A stretch of 64,000 bases of DNA from an uncultured Gammaproteobacteria bacterium (GTDB lineage Bacteria; Patescibacteriota; Patescibacteriia; JAHIZJ01): assembly GCA_964594455.1 (NCBI GenBank), contig CAZQLY010000007.1:13586-77585 (forward strand), written 5' to 3'. Under the pieces are notes generated by a model. The model was not told the DNA's origin and did no database searches. It saw only the letters and a program-made list of their open reading frames with translations. Positions 55,719-64,000 of the stretch are shown here, piece by piece. Every line of letters begins with the position of its first letter. Positions within the stretch are counted from its first letter, which is position 1. A program made the position numbers and the translations under genes.

Positions 55719-57533
55719 CTACCAGCTGTAGTCGAATCCGACCTTGACCCAATGCCGATCGGTCTTGTAATCATGACCGGCGATCAGATCGTGGTCTTCG
55801 CCATTCGGGATGAACTTGTACGACCCTTTGAACCGCCAATAGCGATTGGGCCGGTACTCAAATCCGATTCCCGGTCCGGACCATTCGAAGGCCCAGATAT
55901 CCGAATCATACTCCCACCAATCGTATGAGCCATAGAAGACCCACTTGACGGTGGGCTTGAAGCCGATCCGGGCTTCGATCACCTGCATGGTGTCGGCGAC
56001 AAACGTCTCCGTTCGACCGTCGAAGTGCCGCGACTGCTCCTTTCGCAGGATCTGGTTGTATCCGATCCGCGAGTAGAACCAGCCGGGTTCCAGAGTCAGG
56101 TTGGCATCGAGGTTGCGCTCGAGATTGGTGCCAGCTTTGTAGTTGACCTCGTAGTAACCCCGAGCCGGGGTAACTCCGAGCACTCGGCCGTACCAGCCAT
56201 ACCCATCGACATACACGCCGTCTTCTTCCACATGCGTCTTCGTCGGAGAGACAACTGTGTAGTTGAGATAGGTACGCTGCCCGGCACCATACCATCCGCC
56301 TCCTTCGAGGTAGACGGCGGTACCAAGGTCGTTGCCGTAGATGTTGGAGCGTAAACCGCCTCGGTATTCACCGATGTGGTTCGCATCCGCGATCGCTTGC
56401 TCGACCCGCAGTACGGCGGCCAGATCTCGGAACCAGAAAGTTCCGTCCCAGCCGCTCAGACGAGGCAGCCATTCGATGCCAGAGTAGGCGCTCCATTGTT
56501 CGTCGCCGCCTCCTTGAGAATGGAATCCGTCGACCCAGAGAACACCGCCCTGGACAAAGTCCCGAGCATGTTCCACTTCTTTCTTCTTCTTGACTGGCGG
56601 AGTGGGCGGCGGCGTATAACCAACACGCTCTTCCACCTGTGTCTCAGCCTCATACTCCAGAGGCAGCGCAACGAAGGCGCCGTTCTGGCAGTCCAAGAAC
56701 TGATAGAGGAAATGCCTGTAGCCGCCATTATCCACATAGGGATATTCGACGGCCAGAAGCGAGTCAACCGGTTCGAGGTTCCGCACGTCCTTCCAGTAGC
56801 AGACCGTGGTATCCCAGACCTTGACTTCCTGGCTCGTTCTTCCACCGAAGACGAGCCCGTCGAGAACCAGAGGCCGATCACAAGTTGAGTAGATCCATAC
56901 CGTATCGGGCAGGCTTGCCTCGACCAGCGAGATCCACATCTGTCGCACCTTCTCGGGCACGTTCATCAGTTCCACCTGCTTGCGCAGAGGAATGCCCGCT
57001 GGATCTCCGAGAACGAAGTTCCACCGGTTGATCTGAGTGTCCGTTTCGGTTACGAAGACTTCTTCGCCCTGATAGACCGTGTTACGGTCCACCTGGTTCC
57101 ACTTCTTCAGGGTGTCGACGGGAACGCCGACTTCCTGAGCGATCTTGCCCCACGATTCGCCCTTCCGGATGGATCGTGATGCGGGTAGTTCAATGGCTTT
57201 GGGCTTAGCTCTGCGCTCGACGCGCAGATTTGTCCCTGACACCTTTCTCCAGTCATCACCATCGCAGTATGCGAGAACGGTGTAATAGCTGAAGTAGGCA
57301 TCAGCGCTCGTCTCTTCCAAGACGAAGTGGCTGGTCGCCGAAACAAGTTCCGACTTCACGCCACCGTTGAGCTGGATGAGTCCCACTTCGATCATGCCAT
57401 CGGCACGATTCGACTTGAGCTCCTTCGTGACGATCTGATTGTCTTCCAACGGAGGCTGAATGCAATCAGCCAGCGCCAGGTTGACTCCCAGCAGAGCCAC
57501 GAACACGATCACCAGACACAGCATTTTCCTCAT
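55719..57533 (-). CDS. outer-membrane-type protein: signal peptide, LysM domain, C-terminal beta-barrel ending in aromatic residue (GC-rich island)
   Basis: LysM-like segment GESWGKIAQEVGVPVDTLKKWNQVDRNTVYQGEEVFV. C-terminal ~270 aa of alternating aromatic/polar beta-strand pattern ending ..KVGFDYSW (typical OMP C-terminal signature). GGAGG SD. Confidence 0.6.
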   Translation of the reverse strand: MRKMLCLVIVFVALLGVNLALADCIQPPLEDNQIVTKELKSNRADGMIEVGLIQLNGGVKSELVSATSHFVLEETSADAYFSYYTVLAYCDGDDWRKVSGTNLRVERRAKPKAIELPASRSIRKGESWGKIAQEVGVPVDTLKKWNQVDRNTVYQGEEVFVTETDTQINRWNFVLGDPAGIPLRKQVELMNVPEKVRQMWISLVEASLPDTVWIYSTCDRPLVLDGLVFGGRTSQEVKVWDTTVCYWKDVRNLEPVDSLLAVEYPYVDNGGYRHFLYQFLDCQNGAFVALPLEYEAETQVEERVGYTPPPTPPVKKKKEVEHARDFVQGGVLWVDGFHSQGGGDEQWSAYSGIEWLPRLSGWDGTFWFRDLAAVLRVEQAIADANHIGEYRGGLRSNIYGNDLGTAVYLEGGGWYGAGQRTYLNYTVVSPTKTHVEEDGVYVDGYGWYGRVLGVTPARGYYEVNYKAGTNLERNLDANLTLEPGWFYSRIGYNQILRKEQSRHFDGRTETFVADTMQVIEARIGFKPTVKWVFYGSYDWWEYDSDIWAFEWSGPGIGFEYRPNRYWRFKGSYKFIPNGEDHDLIAGHDYKTDRHWVKVGFDYSW

Positions 57534-57661
57534 GGGTCACCCCTCCTTCTCTTCGTCTTTCCTGTTTCGAAAATAGATTGTCAGTGAGCTATCCGAGAGC
57601 AAGAGAGCTCTCAAGTTCAATGGATTGCCCACTGAACTCATCGAGACCTCTTGCTCGATAT

Positions 57662-58567
57662 TTATTCAAAGTTTCGAAATTCCTCTTCTGGTCCATTCCA
57701 GACCGACTTTCCCTTCTGAACTTCGCTGGCATTCCTGACGTGGTCGTGAAATGTATTTATTTTATTACGATCATCCGAAACCACCCTCACTCTATTCGAC
57801 ATATTTTTTCTACCCGGTATCTCTTCTATATCATCAACATTATTTTTGTTAGGAATATAATTTTCAACCATGTAGTCATTTTTGTCAGCCTCACTCTGAT
57901 CTCTTAATTCCGCAGAACCGTCAGTCGGCTCATCATCACGAGATACTCTAGAATTATCCCTACCTTGTTCACGAAAACCCTGATAGATATGAAATCCGGC
58001 AGATCCGCCAAAGCCAATCAGTAATCCGGCAATTATATTCATGGGGATATTAGGACGAGCCGGATCAGTCTCAGTAAACGGATAGTCAACAACCTTTAAG
58101 ACAATGGAATTGCCACCACCAACATATTCAACACCATTCTCGGACAACACAATAGCTAAAGCCTTAGCCAGTTCAGTAGCTCGCTCAGGTTCAGTGTTGT
58201 AAACTGAAACCTTTACCATGCCAACATCAGCCAAGACTCTGGTTTCAATCTGTTTTTTCCATTCTTGGCGTCTGGCTTCCTCATTCTCAGGAAAGCTGAA
58301 ATCTGAAGACAAATAACCAGAGTTTAACACCTTATCATAGAAAGACGTGGTATAGATAACCTGGCCTAAAGAAAGGCTTAGTCTTTCAGCTGACTTGGCA
58401 GCAGCATAAGCATCTAGATTCGTATCCTTCTCGATCACTAAAAGTGAAAAAGAAGAACGGTACTCAGGCTTTTGGATTAAAGTGACAATTACACTTAATC
58501 CAACAACCACTAAAGTTACAAGCAGAATTGATATCCAATTTTCTTTAATTTTAGCTAAATAATTCAT
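57662..58567 (-). CDS. Wzz-like polysaccharide chain-length determinant (PCP) with extended acidic C-terminal tail
   Basis: N-terminal TM (ISILLVTLVVVGLSVIVTLI), periplasmic helical domain, second TM (IIAGLLIGFGGSAGFHIY), low GC. Confidence 0.65.
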   Translation of the reverse strand: MNYLAKIKENWISILLVTLVVVGLSVIVTLIQKPEYRSSFSLLVIEKDTNLDAYAAAKSAERLSLSLGQVIYTTSFYDKVLNSGYLSSDFSFPENEEARRQEWKKQIETRVLADVGMVKVSVYNTEPERATELAKALAIVLSENGVEYVGGGNSIVLKVVDYPFTETDPARPNIPMNIIAGLLIGFGGSAGFHIYQGFREQGRDNSRVSRDDEPTDGSAELRDQSEADKNDYMVENYIPNKNNVDDIEEIPGRKNMSNRVRVVSDDRNKINTFHDHVRNASEVQKGKSVWNGPEEEFRNFE

Positions 58568-58744
58568 TCTTGTGCCTTAATTTATAATTTTTACCGAAGT
58601 TCGGTACAATATTAGGCCCCTCCTCCGATAAACAGCATAGGTTAACATATATTTCCGCACTTGTCAACACCTAAGGGGCGTAAACCAAAAGAACAGACTT
58701 TAGCCTGTTCACTTTAGTTTATCTCTATAATTATTTCAACAATA

Positions 58745-58900
58745 TCAGCCCAAGAGGTCAATCAGCTGGTCCAAAAATATAACAATTAATACCAAGAGGC
58801 CGATTAGTAAAAACAGGCAACCCAAGCCGCCATAGAGCATCATTTTGGCTCTGATTTTCTTTTTCTCAAGCTCTATTTTGTTGCCTTGTTGCTCGACCAT
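58745..58900 (-). CDS. candidate 51-aa membrane protein translationally coupled to AMP phosphorylase
   Basis: ATG begins 1 nt after the upstream stop (TAAaATG). MVEQQGNKIELEKKKIRAKMMLYGGLGCLFLLIGLLVLIVIFL.. single TM helix. Below the ORF-table size cutoff. Confidence 0.35.
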   Translation of the reverse strand: MVEQQGNKIELEKKKIRAKMMLYGGLGCLFLLIGLLVLIVIFLDQLIDLLG

Positions 58901-58901
58901 T

Positions 58902-60395
58902 TTATTTTATAGTAAATATTTTTAGCTTTGACAAAGCCTTCTGTGCTAGGACCATCCTTTCTTTGCTCTGAGCATAAAAAGTATAAGTGGGATCGCCCTT
59001 TTTGATCCTGTCGCCTATTCTTTTGTGAATGTGAATACCGGCTAATTTTTCTGAAGGTGCTCCCAAAAGTCTAGCAATATCATCAATCGCTATATCATTC
59101 ACCTCATTTATCTTGCCGTTCTTTTTGGCAAAGTAACGTTTTTTGATGGCGCTTAATGTAACATCATCTGATTTAATATTTGGATTGCCACCTTGAAGCT
59201 TAATTATTTTTTGCATTTTTTCCCAGGCCTGACCCGAGTCTAAAATCTTTTGAGCCAATTTTCTTCCTTGTCCGGCCTTAGCTTTACCGCACAGCTCAAA
59301 TAATTCGCCAGCCAAGAGAATTGATTTTTTCTCTAGATCCATCGGCCTAAGTGGATGTCTTTGTAATACTCTTAAGGCGTCCCGAGCTTCCAGAGCGGGT
59401 CCGATTCCCCGGCCAACTGGTTCTCGAGCTTCAACCATTTTTACTTTCACTTTCATCCCAAATCTTTTCCCTAGATAGAGAAACTTTCTCTCTACATCCC
59501 AGGCTAGTTTTAAATTTGGAATTTTCGTAGTCGGACCAACCGGCATATCAATAACCAAATATTTAATACCCATGGCAACTTTTTTGGCCATGATGCTGAC
59601 TATCATTTTATTGTATGGCTCTATGCCTAAAGGATGCGAGGCTCTGATAATCCGATCGTCGGCCGGGGCGACATTTAGACCACCTCCCCACACCAAACAA
59701 CAATTGTTTTTCTTAACAAACTCTTTTATTTTTTTGATCGGATGGCCGACGGGCGCCAGCATCTCCATAGTATCCGCAGTTCCGGCTGGTGAAGTTACTG
59801 CTCGGGACGACGTCTTGGGAATAATTAATCCTGTAGATGCCACAATCGGGATAACAATCATTGAGGTACGATTACCAGCCAGACCCCCCACCGAATGTTT
59901 GTCTACAACCTTGCCACGAAATCTAACCTGTTCGCCTGTTTCAGCCATAGCTTTGGTCAGATAGTACAGCTCTTCCTTGGAATAATGACGAGCAAAGCTG
60001 CTGGCCACAAAATAGCTGATCTCGCTCCGGCCCAACCTGCGGTTAACTATGTCCTTGACAATCGAGCGTATTTCCTTATAGGTCAAGCTTTTGCCGAGCA
60101 ACTTCTTGATAATTGCCTTGATAGAAGCCGGGCGCGACAATACTTTAACCTGCAAAATCTCATCCTTCTTTATTTTGTGCTCCTCCCAGACTTCTCGAAA
60201 CAGACCTATTTCTCCCGGTTTAACTTTTCGGCTGGTAAAATCAGCTTCGGCCACAACTTTATTCTTTCCCCAGCGCAATTCCAGATCATCACCGGGATGC
60301 ACTCCAAAACGTTCAGCCTCAGAGTTGCGCAATACGGCAACGTAGGGACCATCCGCTCGAAAGTCTAATTTTTTTGTCTTTAAAAAGAATGGCAT
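58902..60395 (-). CDS. deoA: AMP phosphorylase (thymidine-phosphorylase family, archaeal-type DeoA)
   Basis: N-terminal extension plus glycosyl-transferase family 3 core (SVGGLAGNRTS, TSSRAVTSPAGTADT). Operon with RuBisCO and R15P isomerase. Confidence 0.75.
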   Translation of the reverse strand: MPFFLKTKKLDFRADGPYVAVLRNSEAERFGVHPGDDLELRWGKNKVVAEADFTSRKVKPGEIGLFREVWEEHKIKKDEILQVKVLSRPASIKAIIKKLLGKSLTYKEIRSIVKDIVNRRLGRSEISYFVASSFARHYSKEELYYLTKAMAETGEQVRFRGKVVDKHSVGGLAGNRTSMIVIPIVASTGLIIPKTSSRAVTSPAGTADTMEMLAPVGHPIKKIKEFVKKNNCCLVWGGGLNVAPADDRIIRASHPLGIEPYNKMIVSIMAKKVAMGIKYLVIDMPVGPTTKIPNLKLAWDVERKFLYLGKRFGMKVKVKMVEAREPVGRGIGPALEARDALRVLQRHPLRPMDLEKKSILLAGELFELCGKAKAGQGRKLAQKILDSGQAWEKMQKIIKLQGGNPNIKSDDVTLSAIKKRYFAKKNGKINEVNDIAIDDIARLLGAPSEKLAGIHIHKRIGDRIKKGDPTYTFYAQSKERMVLAQKALSKLKIFTIK

Positions 60396-60396
60396 A

Positions 60397-61644
60397 TTAT
60401 TTTCTGCCCCATTTTTTCAGGGCTAAGCTAAGCTCTATATTATTCTTGGCAAAATTTTCCAACGATTGTTGTTTCATCGCAGCGGTTATTGATTGATTTA
60501 TAGCTAAAGCACCGTGGTAAGTGCCTTGAGGATGTCCATGTAATCCACCACCAAAATTCATTATCATGTCCGGTCCAATAATTTTATAAAGATCCGGGAT
60601 CAGTCCGGGGTGTAGCCCACCTGAGGCTATCGGCATTACCGGTTTTATTTTTCCCCACGGTTTTTTCAAAAACTTATTAAGAAGTAGAACGTCTTCTTTG
60701 CCGCCTTCCATCTTTCCTACAACTGTACCAGTATGCAGCTGATCTATTCCACCCAGCCGAGCCAACTTAGCGATTACTAACATTGAGATGCCGTGTTTAG
60801 CGTTTCTTGTCATGACTGAATGCATGGCTCGGTGACCGTGTAATATCAAGCCTAATCTTTTTTTGCGCAAAGCCTGGAGACCGGAAAAACCGACAGTCAT
60901 TATATCCACCATAGCACAATGTCCGCCAGCCTTTTTTACAAACTCAGCTCGTTTAATCATCTCATTGGCTGGGGCACTGATATTAAAAGCGCACAATTTT
61001 TTACTGCCTGTTTCTTTCTCGGCTTTTCTGGCCAAGCGGACAGTTTCTCTGACTCGTTTAGTAAGTGGGTTAAATGATAGGTCTGTTAGGTTTTCGTCAT
61101 CTTTTATTAGATCAGCTCCACCGCGAAAAGCATCATAGGCCACTCGAGCGTGCTGCTTCCAGGTCAAGCCGATTTTTGGTTTGATAATTCCACCTATCAA
61201 AGGACGTTTCTTAATTCCTAATTGACGACGGACGCCTTTTAAACCAAAGGCGGGGCCCAAAAAAGTGTTGATGTACTGTTCGGGCATTTCTAAATCCAGC
61301 AATCTGATGTTTTTGATCACCTTCATGCTAAATATATTTCCAGCTACACATGACAAGAGCTGAGAAATATTGCCCGGTTCAAACAGCTCTAAAGGATAAG
61401 CGATTTGGGCTATATTCTTCCTGGGATACAGCTTAATTACTCGGGCTGATAAACGCTGGAACATTTTATCAGTCAATGTTCCAACACTAGTCCAAGTTCC
61501 TACTGATGATTCTGCTGCAACAATCTGTGCTGATTCTCTTAATGTTTTATTTGATTCAATGTAAAAGGTAGCAATAATATATCGGCTCTTTACTAGTCTT
61601 TTATTCAGAGACAAGTAGCCAAGACGGACGTAATCTTTTTTCAT
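60397..61644 (-). CDS. rbcL: ribulose-1,5-bisphosphate carboxylase large subunit, form II/III
   Basis: Active-site motifs GGADLIKDDE, IKPKIGL (carbamylated Lys), LHGHRAMH, GGGLHGHP. 415 aa, no small subunit gene. Confidence 0.9.
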   Translation of the reverse strand: MKKDYVRLGYLSLNKRLVKSRYIIATFYIESNKTLRESAQIVAAESSVGTWTSVGTLTDKMFQRLSARVIKLYPRKNIAQIAYPLELFEPGNISQLLSCVAGNIFSMKVIKNIRLLDLEMPEQYINTFLGPAFGLKGVRRQLGIKKRPLIGGIIKPKIGLTWKQHARVAYDAFRGGADLIKDDENLTDLSFNPLTKRVRETVRLARKAEKETGSKKLCAFNISAPANEMIKRAEFVKKAGGHCAMVDIMTVGFSGLQALRKKRLGLILHGHRAMHSVMTRNAKHGISMLVIAKLARLGGIDQLHTGTVVGKMEGGKEDVLLLNKFLKKPWGKIKPVMPIASGGLHPGLIPDLYKIIGPDMIMNFGGGLHGHPQGTYHGALAINQSITAAMKQQSLENFAKNNIELSLALKKWGRK

Positions 61645-62597
61645 CTTTTTAACCAGGGATAATATTTTTTTATGTATCTTTTGACCTCCGAGGGATTTAG
61701 AACACCAAATTCACATACAATACCTGTAATATTTGCTGCCGGAACCCGATCAAAAGCTAAATTCAAGATATTCAGCCCAGCCGGTGCTCCAGACCATATT
61801 TCTTTGGCCGGTCTATGTTCCAGCTTGATTCTTTGATTTCTGGCATATTTCAATAGACTGGAAACAATATAAACCGGCACTTTATTAACTTCTGCAGCCA
61901 ATGCTATTCCGTAGCTACCTATTTTATTAATAACAGACCCATCCGGTTCAATAACATCAGCCCCGATCAGAACTTGATCCATCATTAAATCCCTGCCAGA
62001 AGCTGTACTGATGAGAAATGGAGCGGCTGAATCAACCACCAGGGTTACCGGGATTTTTTTTGACCTTAGTCTTTTGGCCGTAATCCGACCTTGATACAAG
62101 GGCCGGGTTTCAGAGTTATAGACTTTGAATTTCTTCTGGCTATAGGTTTTTACTAAGAGATTTTCTACTGTTGTTGAATGACAGTGAGTATATACGTTAT
62201 CGCCTTTTTTTATAATCAATCGTCCCAGCTTGGAAATATCTTCAACGGTGTCATCAATAATCTTATTAAATTCTAAGACAGATTTATGCAAAACAAATTT
62301 ATCAGGCTGTTTTTTTATCCTCTCCCAAACAAAAAATAGGCCATTCCTGGCTAAAGGCTCTGTGGGCCGGTTATTTTTTATCAAATAAGTTGCAGCAGCC
62401 TTCATCTCTCTGAGCCAGTTTTTTGGCTGCTTGATGCCCAGATGTTTTCCAAAATCATCGTAAGCATCCAACACCGCCCTAGCTACAGCGGTTGCTCCCT
62501 GGTATTTAAAATCGTCTATGTCTTTTAATGCCTTGTCTAGTTTTTGATAACCCATTTTTATTAAAACCTCCTCAATCGGACGAGAAGGCTCCCTCAC
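61641..62597 (-). CDS. ribose-1,5-bisphosphate isomerase (eIF-2B alpha/beta/delta-like, e2b2)
   Basis: eIF2B-like fold, 318 aa, 4-nt overlap with rbcL, conserved AMP-pathway synteny. Confidence 0.75.
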   Translation of the reverse strand: MREPSRPIEEVLIKMGYQKLDKALKDIDDFKYQGATAVARAVLDAYDDFGKHLGIKQPKNWLREMKAAATYLIKNNRPTEPLARNGLFFVWERIKKQPDKFVLHKSVLEFNKIIDDTVEDISKLGRLIIKKGDNVYTHCHSTTVENLLVKTYSQKKFKVYNSETRPLYQGRITAKRLRSKKIPVTLVVDSAAPFLISTASGRDLMMDQVLIGADVIEPDGSVINKIGSYGIALAAEVNKVPVYIVSSLLKYARNQRIKLEHRPAKEIWSGAPAGLNILNLAFDRVPAANITGIVCEFGVLNPSEVKRYIKKYYPWLKR

Positions 62598-62616
62598 TCT
62601 ATTTCACAAATAATAT

Positions 62617-62985
62617 CTATGATTTAATACACTCTCTAATCCTAACCAGCAGATCATCCAAGCTGAGATTGGCTTTTACGAAATAATCACGAGCGCCTTC
62701 GTCCATGGCCTTTTTTATTTCCGCCTTGTCTCCGAAATTTGATAATATTATTACAGGCATATCTTTCGTTTCTTCACTGGCCTTTACTTCTTTTAAGACC
62801 TCATGCCCATTTTTCTTGGGCATCAATAAATCTAATAATAGCAGATCGGGTTTAAACTTTTTCACCTTGAGCAATCCTTCTGCTCCGTCAACCCCCGATT
62901 CAACCTCGTATCCGGCTTTCTTTAGTTTGTCTGTCAGGGCCTGGAGTAGGAATGCCTCGTCTTCCACTACTAATATTTTTGACAT
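62617..62985 (-). CDS. single-domain response regulator (CheY-like receiver)
   Basis: DD acid pocket (VEDEAF), phospho-acceptor D in LLLLDLLMP, conserved K near ..VKAN.., 122 aa. Confidence 0.8.
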   Translation of the reverse strand: MSKILVVEDEAFLLQALTDKLKKAGYEVESGVDGAEGLLKVKKFKPDLLLLDLLMPKKNGHEVLKEVKASEETKDMPVIILSNFGDKAEIKKAMDEGARDYFVKANLSLDDLLVRIRECIKS

Positions 62986-62986
62986 A

Positions 62987-63361
62987 CTATTTCTTGGTTA
63001 CTTCGTGTATCTTATTTTTAATCTCCTCAAGATTGGTCTTTGTCTTCACCATATAATGAATCGCTCCCAGTCCTTCAGCCTTCTTCAAATATGCGGAATC
63101 ATCGAGATTACTTAAGATCATGATTGGTATTTGCTTGGTAGATGACTCCCTCTTTAGTTTCTCCAATACCTCAAATCCGCTCATCTTAGGCATAATTAAA
63201 TCTAACAAAATCACATCGGGTAATATTGCCTTAGCTTGTTCAACCCCCTCCTCACCATTTTTGGCAATAGTAAAATTAAACTCATTCTGCAGTTTGGTCT
63301 GAAGTGCTTTTCCGATAATTTCTTCGTCCTCGACAACGAGAACTTTAATCTTGTCAGCCAT
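62987..63361 (-). CDS. single-domain response regulator (CheY-like receiver), tandem paralogue
   Basis: VVEDEE.., VILLDLIMP phospho-acceptor site, 124 aa. 1-nt gap from the next gene. Confidence 0.8.
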   Translation of the reverse strand: MADKIKVLVVEDEEIIGKALQTKLQNEFNFTIAKNGEEGVEQAKAILPDVILLDLIMPKMSGFEVLEKLKRESSTKQIPIMILSNLDDSAYLKKAEGLGAIHYMVKTKTNLEEIKNKIHEVTKK

Positions 63362-63368
63362 ATATTAT

Positions 63369-64000
63369 TTATATTAATGTCTTTTCACCTTCTCGGCGCT
63401 TACTGCCGGATAAAGGAAGGCTGAAGAAGAAGCTAGTCCCTTTGCCCTCTGTTGATTTGAACCAGATCTTACCACCAGAGGCGTCTACCACGGATTTAGC
63501 TACGTATAATCCCAAGCCAGTTCCTTCTGTTTGCAAAGTAATAACGTTATCCGCCCGGAAAAATTTCTTGAACACTTTTGGCTGTTGAGCCTTGGGAATG
63601 CCGACTCCGGTATCAAACACCTCAAAGGTGAGGTACTTCTTATCTTTCTTGACTCTGACACCAGCTTGACCATCTTCGTTAGTATACTTAACAGCGTTGG
63701 ACAATAAATTTTGAAACACCTGGCGGATCAGCTTCGGATCAATTTTGATCTGAGGAATACCACCCTTTAATCCATTATAGACTACCTTAAGCTTCTTCTC
63801 TTTGACTTTTGGCGTCAGCTCAAATATTACGCTCTTAATCATTCCATCAATATCGGTAGGAATGGGTTCAATAGCAATGGTGCCAGACTCTATGCGCGAC
63901 ACATTCAATAGGTCGTTCACCAGGGCAATCATTCTCTCATTGGACTTATAAGTATGGTCGAGATATTCTAACTGCTCTTTATTGACCTTGCCTGCCTCTT
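63369..64000 (-). CDS. sensor histidine kinase, 5'-truncated at window end (HisKA C-terminal part plus HATPase_c)
   Basis: Frame remains open to base 64000 upstream of the listed Met. ..LVNDLLNVSRIESG end of dimerisation domain. N-box (LLSNAVKYT), G1 (DTGVGI) and G2 (GTGLGL) ATP-lid motifs. Confidence 0.8.
   Translation of the reverse strand, partial: EAGKVNKEQLEYLDHTYKSNERMIALVNDLLNVSRIESGTIAIEPIPTDIDGMIKSVIFELTPKVKEKKLKVVYNGLKGGIPQIKIDPKLIRQVFQNLLSNAVKYTNEDGQAGVRVKKDKKYLTFEVFDTGVGIPKAQQPKVFKKFFRADNVITLQTEGTGLGLYVAKSVVDASGGKIWFKSTEGKGTSFFFSLPLSGSKRREGEKTLI

Noticed and set aside
55906-56888. Several 96-170 aa ORFs on both strands inside the 55719-57533 gene
   Set aside because: They are nested in or antisense to the 604-aa LysM/beta-barrel ORF and carry Arg/Ser/Pro-rich composition typical of out-of-frame GC-rich DNA.
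1-64000. CRISPR arrays, rRNA and tRNA genes
   Set aside because: No regularly spaced direct repeats, no rRNA-like conserved stretches and no cloverleaf candidates were seen in any intergenic region on either strand.

Overview
This 64-kb window looks like a low-GC, gene-dense bacterial chromosome segment of the Candidate Phyla Radiation (Patescibacteria) kind. Most native genes lack a Shine-Dalgarno sequence.

Housekeeping backbone and native loci:
- 1-11057: a 5'-truncated proS, then mreB-mreC-mreD-mrdA (PBP2), then greA, lysS, serS, alr, ddl and an ftsQ-like gene.
- 12071-18154: a CaCA antiporter, an M23 peptidase, gltX, corA, a WecB/TagA glycosyltransferase and a 2H phosphoesterase.
- 18212-21900: an AmmeMemoRadiSam gene set, interrupted by a secreted four-repeat protein.
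- 21893-25217: a priA-like gene with non-canonical Walker motifs, followed by def and fmt.
- 25218-29316: a processive GT2 synthase, a MacB-like ABC transporter and a PH-like membrane protein.
- 29372-31996: clpB, with a CIRCE operator just upstream.
- 32944-36049: a second MacB-like ABC system with a glycine-zipper lipoprotein.
- 41205-53489 and 57662-58567: a surface/polysaccharide locus with D,D-carboxypeptidase, three GT4 glycosyltransferases, a DUF11-like protein, an FG-GAP protein, a Wzy/O-antigen-ligase-like gene and a Wzz-like gene.
- 58902-62597: the archaeal-type AMP-salvage operon (R15P isomerase, form II/III RuBisCO, AMP phosphorylase).
- 62617-64000: two single-domain response regulators and a 5'-truncated histidine kinase.

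The most unusual signal is a set of visibly GC-rich islands embedded in this AT-rich background. The largest (53776-57600) is a three-gene operon of envelope proteins typical of a two-membrane cell: a LysM-plus-beta-barrel outer-membrane protein, a lipoprotein and a Cys-rich secreted protein. A second island (49228-50640) carries a secreted Ig-like protein. Both end in the same terminator-plus-25-nt sequence, so the two copies form a perfect inverted repeat that brackets the low-GC GT4/Wzy segment. Smaller GC-rich cassettes at 32944-33585, 36150-36930, 37948-38481 and 39749-40168 each have a near-consensus sigma70-like promoter and/or a strong GGAGG-type SD, and most also an intrinsic terminator. 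No rRNA, tRNA or CRISPR array was found.
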